Positions 17,944 through 26,498 of a stretch of DNA of 54,370 nucleotides are shown one piece after another. The notes under the pieces are model-generated. The model saw only the letters and a list, made by a program, of their open reading frames with translations, ran no database searches and was not told the origin of the DNA. The position numbers and the translations under genes are program-made. Origin of the DNA: a virus. Lineage: Duplodnaviria > Caudoviricetes. The stretch's first letter is position 1. Every line of letters starts with the position of its first letter. The DNA lies in IMG/VR virus record IMGVR_UViG_3300020421_000026, positions 1 to 54,370 of that record; one strand, 5' to 3'.

Positions 17944-19026
17944 ATGGATACAAACTACTACAACTATATAGAACATACAAAGCATAATATGTCTAAAATT
18001 TTAGACAAAGGCAGTATTGTACCCATAAAAGATGATGTAGGCGTAGGTTTTAGGTACTATGACACCGATAAAACAGACCAACTACAAATGAAAAAATTTA
18101 GAACAGTTGCTGATTATGATCCTAGATTATCAAATCAGTTTACTAAAGAAGATTCTTTTTTAGACTTTCCTGAGTTAAATTTACCTATAGACCTAGATGA
18201 TTTCTTTACAGATATAGACCACGAAATTTGTGAAAAGAAATTTTGGGGGAAAGGTGATGAGGACGACTCATCTACTCAACAAGTTGTTCATTCAAAGAAT
18301 ATAGGCTGGTTAATACATCCTGCTAGAAGTATAGGAACTAAAGTTGCTAAAGATGATAAAAGAGGTGTGTGCATTGGACATATTTTAAGTCCTAAGTACA
18401 AAAAATATTTTTGGGAATATGCAAACGACACTTTCCATGAAGATTTTATAGACATTATTAAAGACCATTTAGGATACAAACAAGTTCCTGTTAGTATTAT
18501 ATCAATAAAAGATTTACATCATTGGCATCACGAAGGTGTTCAACCTTGGCATGATTATACTCCAATTCCATATTATACAAGACGCACAGAAACATGTATT
18601 AACTTTAGATTATTTTCATCAACTGACGATGACGAAACAGAAGTAAATTTTGGTTGGCCCTCCGTTGAAGTGCATAAAGAGTTTTCTAAAATATCAGACG
18701 AACTAAATGAAAATATTATAGATAAATTTCAAGGAGATGAAGGCAGAAAGGTTGAATGGATACATAATGAAAATCTACAAATAAAAACTGCACTACATCA
18801 AGATACTATACTACCAGATTCACAACTCAATGACGAGATAGAATTAGTTGCAACTAAAAAAGGATATCATTGCCCTTTTATGATTAACACTAACTACTGG
18901 CATAGAGTTTACACAAAGGATACAAAGACACCTAGAATAACTTTAAGATTTTTTAGTCCTATGGGAGTTCCGTTTCATCATTTTAGAAAGTTACACCAGG
19001 AAGGTAAACTTTTAAAAAACTTGTAA
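17944..19026 (+). CDS. DSBH oxygenase-like protein, paralog D
   Basis: HWHHEG ... CINFRL ... PFMINTNYWHRV ... RITLRF. Start reassigned to ATG 17944, 5 nt after GATAAATA. Confidence 0.55.
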   Translation: MDTNYYNYIEHTKHNMSKILDKGSIVPIKDDVGVGFRYYDTDKTDQLQMKKFRTVADYDPRLSNQFTKEDSFLDFPELNLPIDLDDFFTDIDHEICEKKFWGKGDEDDSSTQQVVHSKNIGWLIHPARSIGTKVAKDDKRGVCIGHILSPKYKKYFWEYANDTFHEDFIDIIKDHLGYKQVPVSIISIKDLHHWHHEGVQPWHDYTPIPYYTRRTETCINFRLFSSTDDDETEVNFGWPSVEVHKEFSKISDELNENIIDKFQGDEGRKVEWIHNENLQIKTALHQDTILPDSQLNDEIELVATKKGYHCPFMINTNYWHRVYTKDTKTPRITLRFFSPMGVPFHHFRKLHQEGKLLKNL

Positions 19027-20172
19027 TAATATAGTTTGTTCATTTAACCTACCTGTAAGTTTAGTAGGTGTTGTTTTTACTTCATCAAATGCTTTTGCAA
19101 ATTTTGTTTTTGCTCTACCAGTCCAATTATTAATTTGTTCTGCAGGCTTTCTTAAAGTTTTTTGCAAACTTGTTTCTTCGTCAAAGTCTTGTATAGTAGT
19201 TCCTTTAACCATTAAACCTGCACCTTGTCTTTGTAACCCACGTGGGTCTTTGTCTTTTGCGTGGTAAACTCCTACTTTACGGGTCTTTGTATTGTACACC
19301 CATAGTTCATTGGCGTAAACGACGTCTGTGGGCGAGATAGATGCTATTCCTAATGCTCCATCGTTGAGTTGAAACTTTAGTTTTTTAATAATTACATCTT
19401 TACTTCTTGCTCTAGGCTTACGTTGTTTTCTGTTTGCTTTACCTGTAAGTATAATTGCATCACAGGCGGCATTTATTTTTTCAAAGAATGCAACATAATC
19501 TTTCTTCATTTTCTTATCCATAAAACTATATGCTTCTTTAAGTTGTTCACATGTGCCTTCCAAACTTTCTACTGCTTCTGCATGATTAAGTTCATATTGG
19601 TCTTTAATCATTTTAGCATGTGCTGGCTTAATAACTCCGCCACCAAATACTTTCATATCTTTCTCAGGATCAAACTTTTTAAGATTAAACTTTTCTGTTT
19701 CTATAAAAGTATCTAGTAAGTCGTCCCATTCGCCGCATAGGTCAGTTATTTGCAAAAGCATTCTTTCTTGTATTGATATTTTTGGTGGTGCTTCTTTTTG
19801 TTTTTCTTGTATCTCTTCCACAATTTCCATACCTGTCTTAATAAGTTCTTCTTTTTTTGTAGCATAGAATTTAGCAAAACGTTCTGGCATATATCCTAAC
19901 TTATACCAACACCAGCCGTACTTTGCACTACTGCTAAATCTCCAGTCTGGATTTTTAAGTATTATTTTTATTTCTTCTTTGTCCCAACCACTTGCTTCTT
20001 TTACCCACTTGCGATATTTGGATACTGCATCTTTAGTTGAAATTTCAGAATGTACAAAATAGTCAACCGACCTGAATGCCAACTCTTGTTGTTCAGGATC
20101 AGTGATAGCCTGATACTTTTTCCAGTCAGGCTCTTTTGTTACATATACTGTTCTTTGCTTTCGTTTTGCCAT
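19012..20172 (-). CDS. Basic hypothetical protein, probably early-expressed
   Basis: 386-aa Lys-rich ORF with C-terminal LWVYNTKTRKVGVY..KGTTI..KTLRKP..GRLNE and a sigma70-like promoter upstream. Confidence 0.7.
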   Translation of the reverse strand: MAKRKQRTVYVTKEPDWKKYQAITDPEQQELAFRSVDYFVHSEISTKDAVSKYRKWVKEASGWDKEEIKIILKNPDWRFSSSAKYGWCWYKLGYMPERFAKFYATKKEELIKTGMEIVEEIQEKQKEAPPKISIQERMLLQITDLCGEWDDLLDTFIETEKFNLKKFDPEKDMKVFGGGVIKPAHAKMIKDQYELNHAEAVESLEGTCEQLKEAYSFMDKKMKKDYVAFFEKINAACDAIILTGKANRKQRKPRARSKDVIIKKLKFQLNDGALGIASISPTDVVYANELWVYNTKTRKVGVYHAKDKDPRGLQRQGAGLMVKGTTIQDFDEETSLQKTLRKPAEQINNWTGRAKTKFAKAFDEVKTTPTKLTGRLNEQTILLQVF

Positions 20173-20204
20173 CTTTTGTTTTTTACCAAAATATAGTGCT
20201 AGTT

Positions 20205-20233
20205 AGTATAACTTCAAAAATTTTTTATGTCAA
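20205..20233 (-). promoter_or_regulatory. Sigma70-type promoter TTGACA-N17-TATACT
   Basis: Minus strand TTGACA (20228-20233), 17-nt spacer, TATACT (20205-20210). Confidence 0.8.
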
Positions 20234-20263
20234 TTGGTAATTTTTGAACTAAAAGGAGGTTTT

Positions 20264-20686
20264 TTATAGTTTTTTGGCTGTTAATCCTACTGTTGCTGAT
20301 GCAACACGTGATTCACCATCGAATACTTTGCAATCATAAAACATATGATGCATTTTACGTTTGGCAAGTTTGGCTTCTAACCTTAATCTTGTTCCAGGAA
20401 ATACAGGATATCTAAATTTACATTTGTCAACACTAGTAACAAATGTAACATAATCTTCATGTTTAAGTTCACCATTCTCTTTTCCTGCTAAGTGAAGTGC
20501 GTGAAGTCCAGCACATTGGTTCATACCTTCAATAATATAAACACCGGGCCATATTTTTACATGTGGGAAATGTCCTTCTAATACTGGATGAGCATCATGA
20601 ACCATATATGTTGCTTCTATTTCTTCATCACTAAGAATAGTGTGTTCGTCAATCAGTGCTATTGGATGTCTGTGTGGTAGTTCCAT
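20264..20686 (-). CDS. fabZ: 3-hydroxyacyl-ACP dehydratase FabZ-family (hotdog fold)
   Basis: LPHRHPIALID, GHFP...PGVYIIEGMNQ, KFRYPVFPG. Confidence 0.9.
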   Translation of the reverse strand: MELPHRHPIALIDEHTILSDEEIEATYMVHDAHPVLEGHFPHVKIWPGVYIIEGMNQCAGLHALHLAGKENGELKHEDYVTFVTSVDKCKFRYPVFPGTRLRLEAKLAKRKMHHMFYDCKVFDGESRVASATVGLTAKKL

Positions 20687-22562
20687 GTAGAGTATTTACA
20701 CCGTCAACATAAATTACTTTGTCATATTTGGTATGACTTGATACTTGCCCAACTAGGTTCCAATATTTTCTCAAATAATTTTCACCTGTTGGAGTATGGA
20801 CTGCTTCTTTTTTGAAGTACCCACCACTCATCATTTGTCGCGGTATATATCCTTTGCTATCAAAATATCTCATAGTTGTTTGCAAAGCAAATCTCATAGC
20901 AGTCATGTGTGTAATTCCGTGTCTATTAATATAACTGCTAAAATTATGTGCTAGTTCATCTTGTGGTAAATGTTTTGATTGTGGATTTATTCTAGAAAAT
21001 TTATATCCATATTTTTCTGGATCTTCAACTATAGGAGATTCTTTGCCTCCTGTAATTTGTTTTACTCTAGAAGATTCTGGTGCGTTCATAGTGTATGCAT
21101 TTACGTCTAAACAATCTAATTTATTGTAGTTTGGATCACAAATTTTATCAGCCATAATCTTCAATTCTTTTTTACTGTCCTCAGGTAAGCCTACCATAAA
21201 CATACTGAACAATGTTACCTGGTCTCCAAATGGAGTATCTTGTAAATCGGCAATGTATGCCATTTGTTCATCTGGATGCCAACCTTTATTAATAGCAACA
21301 GCACTATCAGGGATAAGTGTCTCAATGCCATAATGTGCAAATACTAACCCTGAGTCTATTAATACTTGTTCTTGTTTTAATCTGTTTTGTAAATCTAATC
21401 TTATAAATGCTGTATATTCCAAAGGTATATCTAACTTTTCTTTTAGTTTTGCAATTTTAATAATTTTTTCTGTATCATCATTAAAAGTATCATCTGCCAT
21501 CCAATACCTATGTACTCCATGCTCGTACCAATTACGTTTGATTTCATCTTCTAATAAACTTTGACTTCTAAGATAACTGCCTTTTTCTTTTCCAGTTAAA
21601 CCAAAATTACAAAAACTACATTCAAAAATACAACCTCTTGCTGTTTCCATTGTAAGCATATCATTTGTTTGCAAACAATCTTCAGGTGTATATTGCATAG
21701 TTGAATTAGTTATATCAAGTCTACTACCAACATCTGTATAAAAATTTACTCGTTTTTTATTGTCTATATCTTCTAAAATTTCTGTAATCGTGACATCTCC
21801 ATATCCATTGTTTACTATATCAATGTCTCCAATTGGAGAATCAGACATTTCAATTGTTTCTTTCTTAAGTGCAGGTCCAATTGCTCCACCTAATATCATT
21901 TTAGTATCTGGATTTCTTTCATGTATCCACTGTTTTATCTTTTTTTGACGACCAGGCATGAAATATAAACTGTGAACTAATCCATGAGGATTTGATATAC
22001 CTGAAAATACAGTACTAAAACAAACCGCTCTAGTATTTTCCCCAACAAATTTGTAAAATATCTTTTGAAAATCTTGTTCAGTTGCATAAAAATGGTGTCC
22101 TATAACTTGACAAGTGTACCCTGCTTTTCTTATTTCATGTGCAACTTTAAATCCGCCAAAACCTTTTGCAGTAACATCATATACCATGTGTTCACTGTAA
22201 TCCCAAAGACCAACTGGACTCTCTTCAATAGGATGGTCTCGTTGAGCACATCTTAAATATGCTCTATATTCTCTGTCTGTTAATTCTTTTCTTCCCAATT
22301 CCTGAAAAGCGGCACCGGGATATGTAATAGAAGAATACCATGCAGGAGTAATATCAGATGTAAACATCAAAACATCTGCCGGTGTATGTTCTATTTCGTG
22401 TAATGGGGTATCATCTAACATGCCTACTGGTGAGATAGGTATGCCAGCAAATGCATATGGATCTTCTTCTGTAAACTTTCTTTCTCTAAACCTTTCCCAA
22501 ACTGGTGCACGAATTCTTACTTTTTCTAGTGTATTATATATTCGTTTTTCTTCTGGTGTCAT
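20649..22562 (-). CDS. B12-binding-type radical SAM enzyme (paralog 2)
   Basis: ETARGCIFECSFC, DDTFND, FIRLDL, GIETL, FMVGLP. N-terminal GGFKVAHEIRKAGYTCQVI. Confidence 0.85.
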   Translation of the reverse strand: MTPEEKRIYNTLEKVRIRAPVWERFRERKFTEEDPYAFAGIPISPVGMLDDTPLHEIEHTPADVLMFTSDITPAWYSSITYPGAAFQELGRKELTDREYRAYLRCAQRDHPIEESPVGLWDYSEHMVYDVTAKGFGGFKVAHEIRKAGYTCQVIGHHFYATEQDFQKIFYKFVGENTRAVCFSTVFSGISNPHGLVHSLYFMPGRQKKIKQWIHERNPDTKMILGGAIGPALKKETIEMSDSPIGDIDIVNNGYGDVTITEILEDIDNKKRVNFYTDVGSRLDITNSTMQYTPEDCLQTNDMLTMETARGCIFECSFCNFGLTGKEKGSYLRSQSLLEDEIKRNWYEHGVHRYWMADDTFNDDTEKIIKIAKLKEKLDIPLEYTAFIRLDLQNRLKQEQVLIDSGLVFAHYGIETLIPDSAVAINKGWHPDEQMAYIADLQDTPFGDQVTLFSMFMVGLPEDSKKELKIMADKICDPNYNKLDCLDVNAYTMNAPESSRVKQITGGKESPIVEDPEKYGYKFSRINPQSKHLPQDELAHNFSSYINRHGITHMTAMRFALQTTMRYFDSKGYIPRQMMSGGYFKKEAVHTPTGENYLRKYWNLVGQVSSHTKYDKVIYVDGVNTLHGTTTQTSNSTD

Positions 22563-24346
22563 TTTTTTAATACTTGTTCTATGTATTTGTTGTACCTGTT
22601 AATCTCTACTTTGTTAATTCTTTCTACAGAATCCAAATCAAACTCATCAAATTCTTCAGGTGTAATATTTTCGCCTTCTTTGTAAGGTAATCCAAAAGAT
22701 TTAAAAAGCATATTGGGCCAAAGTTTACCTGCGTCCATTAGTCTTTTATTTAATCTATTAGAAAATTTTAAGGCATCTACAAATGTAATGCCATTTTTAT
22801 TTTTATATAAAAATTGTGCATGAAAAAACTTTTGTATTTCTGGTTCCATTTCTTTTCCATTCATATATTGTGTAGTAGGTTCGTAACCGTAATCTCTCCA
22901 ATTCTTCTGGAATTCACTATCAGTTCTTTCATCAAATCCTTCTGGTGTAATACTTAATGGTCTTACTGCTGTACCTACCATAGGATTTTTATCTGATACT
23001 AAAAAGTTTGCCATTTCTTTTATACTTTTCTTTGTATCACTAGGTAGTCCTACAATCATACCGCTACCCATATCAACATGTGACCAAACACCGTCTTTAA
23101 GTTCACGCATGTATTCAAATTGTGTCATTGGATTTAAACCTTTACCAATGTCGACTGCACTATCGGGGTCAGTTGTTTCCACTCCAAACTGTACATGTAC
23201 TATTCCTGCATCTCGAATAATTTCTGCTTGACTAGGAGTTCTATTTCTATTTGCATATAATAAATCTAATCTTATGTAACAAGCAAACTTTAATTTAAAA
23301 GGCAATGTTTTGGACATTTCCATAAAGTCTATCATTTTATCGTGGTCATCATTGAACGTATCATCTACAATCCAATAATGTTCTACTCCAAACTTTTCAT
23401 AATTATGTACAAGTTCTTCTCGTATAAGATCCATGCATCTAATACCTTCACCTTTTTGTTTTCCATTTAATGCAAAAGAACAAAACTTACATTTGAATAT
23501 ACAACCTCTGCTAATTTCAATAGGTAATATTTCGCCTGGATATAAACAATCGTCTTCGTGCCATTTCATTGTGGAGTGTTTTACATCTTGTTTGCTGAAT
23601 ACATCTTCTTTAAAAGGTAACCCAAAATTGTTTTTAGGTAATTGTTCTACATCTCCGTCTTTTAATTCTGTTAGTATTTCAGGTACAGTGATATCGCCAT
23701 ATCCTATGTTTACAATATCAACATGTTTGTAATCTGATTTTTTATTTGTAAATGCTCCGCCTTTCATTAATTTTGTTTTTGGGTTGACTTTCTTAAGATG
23801 TTCTACAAACAGTTCATCTATTTCAGGACCATGTGGTAAAAATCCTACATACGCCTGTGTATCATCTGAGGTTGCACCATATTTTTCTTTAACGTCATGT
23901 CCATAAAAAGGATCTAAGTTTGTATAGGAAGGTCGTACATTTAATCTATTTGGTATTTTTGCTATAAAAGTATTACTAATACCTACTGCTAAAGTATTTT
24001 CTCCAACGTATTTGTCTAATACTTTTCTCAAAGTTGCTATATCCATATGAGTTATTAAGTCAACTACTTGTACAGTAAAGCCACTTTCTCTAACTTCATG
24101 AGCAACTTTATAAGGTCCTAATGCTCTACTGCCTACAAAAGGGAACATATCAAACCAGCCAAGTTGCCACAAAGGTGAATTAAGTCTCTCAGGATCATTT
24201 TCTTTTAAGTATTTGCTGGACTCAGCAAGATGTTGTTTTACTTCATATCCGTGTGATTGTATTCCCCAGCCGATATTATCAGCAAGTAGTAGGAAATCTA
24301 CAGGTGTATGTTCCACCTCTATTGAACTATAAGGGTTATATTGCAT
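22559..24346 (-). CDS. B12-binding-type radical SAM enzyme (paralog 3)
   Basis: EISRGCIFKCKFC, DDTFND, YIRLDL, GVETT, MIVGLP. N-terminal LGPYKVAHEVRESGFTVQVVD. Confidence 0.85.
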   Translation of the reverse strand: MQYNPYSSIEVEHTPVDFLLLADNIGWGIQSHGYEVKQHLAESSKYLKENDPERLNSPLWQLGWFDMFPFVGSRALGPYKVAHEVRESGFTVQVVDLITHMDIATLRKVLDKYVGENTLAVGISNTFIAKIPNRLNVRPSYTNLDPFYGHDVKEKYGATSDDTQAYVGFLPHGPEIDELFVEHLKKVNPKTKLMKGGAFTNKKSDYKHVDIVNIGYGDITVPEILTELKDGDVEQLPKNNFGLPFKEDVFSKQDVKHSTMKWHEDDCLYPGEILPIEISRGCIFKCKFCSFALNGKQKGEGIRCMDLIREELVHNYEKFGVEHYWIVDDTFNDDHDKMIDFMEMSKTLPFKLKFACYIRLDLLYANRNRTPSQAEIIRDAGIVHVQFGVETTDPDSAVDIGKGLNPMTQFEYMRELKDGVWSHVDMGSGMIVGLPSDTKKSIKEMANFLVSDKNPMVGTAVRPLSITPEGFDERTDSEFQKNWRDYGYEPTTQYMNGKEMEPEIQKFFHAQFLYKNKNGITFVDALKFSNRLNKRLMDAGKLWPNMLFKSFGLPYKEGENITPEEFDEFDLDSVERINKVEINRYNKYIEQVLKK

Positions 24347-24366
24347 TACGCAATATTTATCAGGAA

Positions 24367-24443
24367 TGGCCCGCCCGGCAAGACTCGAACTTGCAACCTA
24401 CGGTTTAGAAGACCGTTGTTCTATCCAATTGAACTACGGGCGG
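24367..24443 (-). tRNA. tRNA-Arg (anticodon TCT)
   Basis: Acceptor CCGCCCG/CGGGCGG, anticodon arm ACGGT-CTTCTAA-ACCGT, GTTCGA T-loop, encoded CCA. Confidence 0.95.
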
Positions 24444-24450
24444 ATTGTTT

Positions 24451-25167
24451 TTAATCTACAAATGCCCTTTCTAGAACAAAGTCTCCTGGCTCACCTAGAT
24501 TTCCTTCTTGGAAACCTAAATTTTCAAAATAGTCCCTACATTCATAATTCATGTCTGGACCTCCACACACCATAACTCTATCAGTTTCTTTGTTAAATCC
24601 ACCATTAGTAAAGTTATCAATGTGTTCCCAAAAACGACCTTTACGCACATAATCGTCTTGTGTGCAAGTGTCGTAGTATGTTAAAGGAAATGTATTGCAC
24701 ATTTCTTGTATAACATCTGTGTAGGTATGCTCTGCATGTGTTCTTGTGGTATGACAGAGTATAACACTTTTGAACTTTTCATAAGTTTCTGGGTCTCTTA
24801 TAATACTCATAAAAGGTGCTATACCTGTCCCTGTTGATAGCAAATATAAGTTGTCTGCTTGTGTTACGTTATCAATCGTTAAAGTGCCGGTACACTTGGG
24901 GTTTACTAAAACTTCGTCTCCAACTTTTAAATGCTGTAAACGACTTGTAAGAGGTCCGTCGGGTACCTTAATACTTAAGAACTCCAACTCATCTTCGTAG
25001 TTTGCACTAGCAATACTGTATGCTCTTAGTAAAGGCTTTTCATCTACCCTTAATCCAATCATAGCAAACTCTCCGTTTACAAAACGAAAAGATTGATTTC
25101 TGGTTGTTTTAAAACTGAATGTTTTATCAGTCCAGTGATGTACCCATGTTACTGTTTCTGTGTTCAA
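24451..25167 (-). CDS. fpr: Ferredoxin(flavodoxin)-NADP+ reductase
   Basis: HHWTD..FSF, RAYSIAS, KVPDGPLTSRL, TGTGIAPF, VCGGPDM, ERAFVD. TTG start. Confidence 0.93.
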   Translation of the reverse strand: MNTETVTWVHHWTDKTFSFKTTRNQSFRFVNGEFAMIGLRVDEKPLLRAYSIASANYEDELEFLSIKVPDGPLTSRLQHLKVGDEVLVNPKCTGTLTIDNVTQADNLYLLSTGTGIAPFMSIIRDPETYEKFKSVILCHTTRTHAEHTYTDVIQEMCNTFPLTYYDTCTQDDYVRKGRFWEHIDNFTNGGFNKETDRVMVCGGPDMNYECRDYFENLGFQEGNLGEPGDFVLERAFVD

Positions 25168-25421
25168 TGTTTAGTCGCCTTAAATGATTCAATCATTGCA
25201 TTTCTAACTTCTGGATCTTTAAGTTTTTCTAAAAATTCAGCATTTATTTCAAAAGTCATGCCTTTTTCCATCTTTGATATCAAACTTAAATCATCAACGC
25301 CTAGCATAACACATACTTCTTCAAATGTCAATAAGTTCAAGCCTTTTTCTTTAGCATCTATCAACAAATCAAAAATTGCGTCTGTTATTAAATCTTCTAA
25401 ATCTTTATACTTTTCACTCAT
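25164..25421 (-). CDS. Small hypothetical protein
   Basis: 85-aa ORF between tRNA-Ala and fpr, with a GGTGA SD and a 4-nt overlap with fpr. Confidence 0.65.
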   Translation of the reverse strand: MSEKYKDLEDLITDAIFDLLIDAKEKGLNLLTFEEVCVMLGVDDLSLISKMEKGMTFEINAEFLEKLKDPEVRNAMIESFKATKH

Positions 25422-25432
25422 TTCTCACCACG

Positions 25433-25508
25433 TGGTGGAGCGGACAGGGGTCGAACCTGCGACCTTCTGGATGCAAACCAGACGCTCTCCCAACTGAGCT
25501 ACCGCCCC
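25433..25508 (-). tRNA. tRNA-Ala (anticodon TGC)
   Basis: GGGGCGG acceptor with G3:U70, anticodon arm TCTGG-TTTGCAT-CCAGA, GTTCGA, CCA. Confidence 0.95.
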
Positions 25509-25514
25509 AAACTT

Positions 25515-25697
25515 CTATCTATTCATTAAAGCCTTCATATTATTACCAATCCTTTCTGCATTGGCACTAACATTCTTTGCTATTTCTTCTGCGTTCTTTC
25601 TAATGTTCTCTGCTATTACTTCACCACTCCATGGGTTAGGTGTAACTTTGGATACCTTTTTTGTTTTAGCCTTTACTTTGGCTTTTGTTTTAGTCAT
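25515..25697 (-). CDS. Small basic hypothetical protein (60 aa)
   Basis: MTKTKAKVKAKTKK..., with an AGGA SD, an upstream GGTAAATA and a 5' hairpin. Confidence 0.55.
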   Translation of the reverse strand: MTKTKAKVKAKTKKVSKVTPNPWSGEVIAENIRKNAEEIAKNVSANAERIGNNMKALMNR

Positions 25698-25759
25698 TCT
25701 AATATTTCCTAATATATGATCCACTTTATTAAGTGGACTGCATATTTACCAGATAAATC

Positions 25760-25849
25760 TGGCGGAGAGTGAGAGATTCGAACTCTCGGTACAGTTACCC
25801 GTACTCTTCCTTAGCAGGGAAGTGCTTTAAGCCACTCAGCCAACTCTCC
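25760..25849 (-). tRNA. tRNA-Ser (anticodon GCT)
   Basis: GGAGAGT acceptor, anticodon arm CTTCC-CTGCTAA-GGAAG, long variable arm, GTTCGA, CCA. Confidence 0.95.
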
Positions 25850-25860
25850 TGTTAATTTGT

Positions 25861-25888
25861 ATTATACGTTATTTGAAAGGAATGTCAA
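25861..25888 (-). promoter_or_regulatory. Consensus sigma70 promoter for the tRNA cluster (TTGACA-N16-TATAAT)
   Basis: Minus strand TTGACA (25883-25888) and TATAAT (25861-25866), 11 nt before tRNA-Ser. Confidence 0.85.
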
Positions 25889-26498
25889 GTCTTATTGTAA
25901 GACCTAATTTAGATTCACAGGTCATTTTGCCTGTTGCATGAATACTCTTTGCATCAAACTTTAAAACATTGCCAGGTTCAAAGGGATATGCTGTTCCACT
26001 TAATCCATGCCAATAGTCTTTAGGTTGGTGATCCAAATGTGAATATAATTCATCATCAACTTCTTTGTTTGTTGAATACAGGATGTCATAATCACATGGT
26101 CTGCCTAAAAGTTCTTTGTTATGTTGAAACTTTGCTTGTTTATCTTTAAACACCCAAGTGTTTGCAGGATTGTCCCACACTTGGTCAAATATTATTAAGT
26201 GTGGTTTAGAATCATCTGCTACTTCTAAAGGCATTACAATATTTGATATTTCTCGTTCATGATAATCTGTATGAGGATATAATGGCTGTGTGTGTTTATA
26301 AAAATGTGCTAATGTAATATTTTCTGCATTTACATTTATCAAGTCTGCAATGAATTTTATATCAGCCTTTTTATCAACTTTAATCATATTGTTAGGAAGT
26401 TTTACTCTACTAAATGGATTACTGTAAAACATTTTTTTAAGATGTTCTATAGTGTGTTGGTCTATAACATTCTTTAATAGTTGCGGTTGTAAAATCAT
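25869..26498 (-). CDS. 2OG-Fe(II) oxygenase-like protein
   Basis: PHTD (HxD) ... NIVMPL ... FDAKSIHAT. Start reassigned to the TAATG-coupled ATG at 26498. Confidence 0.55.
   Translation of the reverse strand: MILQPQLLKNVIDQHTIEHLKKMFYSNPFSRVKLPNNMIKVDKKADIKFIADLINVNAENITLAHFYKHTQPLYPHTDYHEREISNIVMPLEVADDSKPHLIIFDQVWDNPANTWVFKDKQAKFQHNKELLGRPCDYDILYSTNKEVDDELYSHLDHQPKDYWHGLSGTAYPFEPGNVLKFDAKSIHATGKMTCESKLGLTIRLDIPFK

Noticed and set aside
24366-24575. Plus-strand ORF MARPARLELAT..., and likewise 25093-25497 and 25376-25570
   Set aside because: Antisense translations of tRNA genes and neighbouring CDSs.
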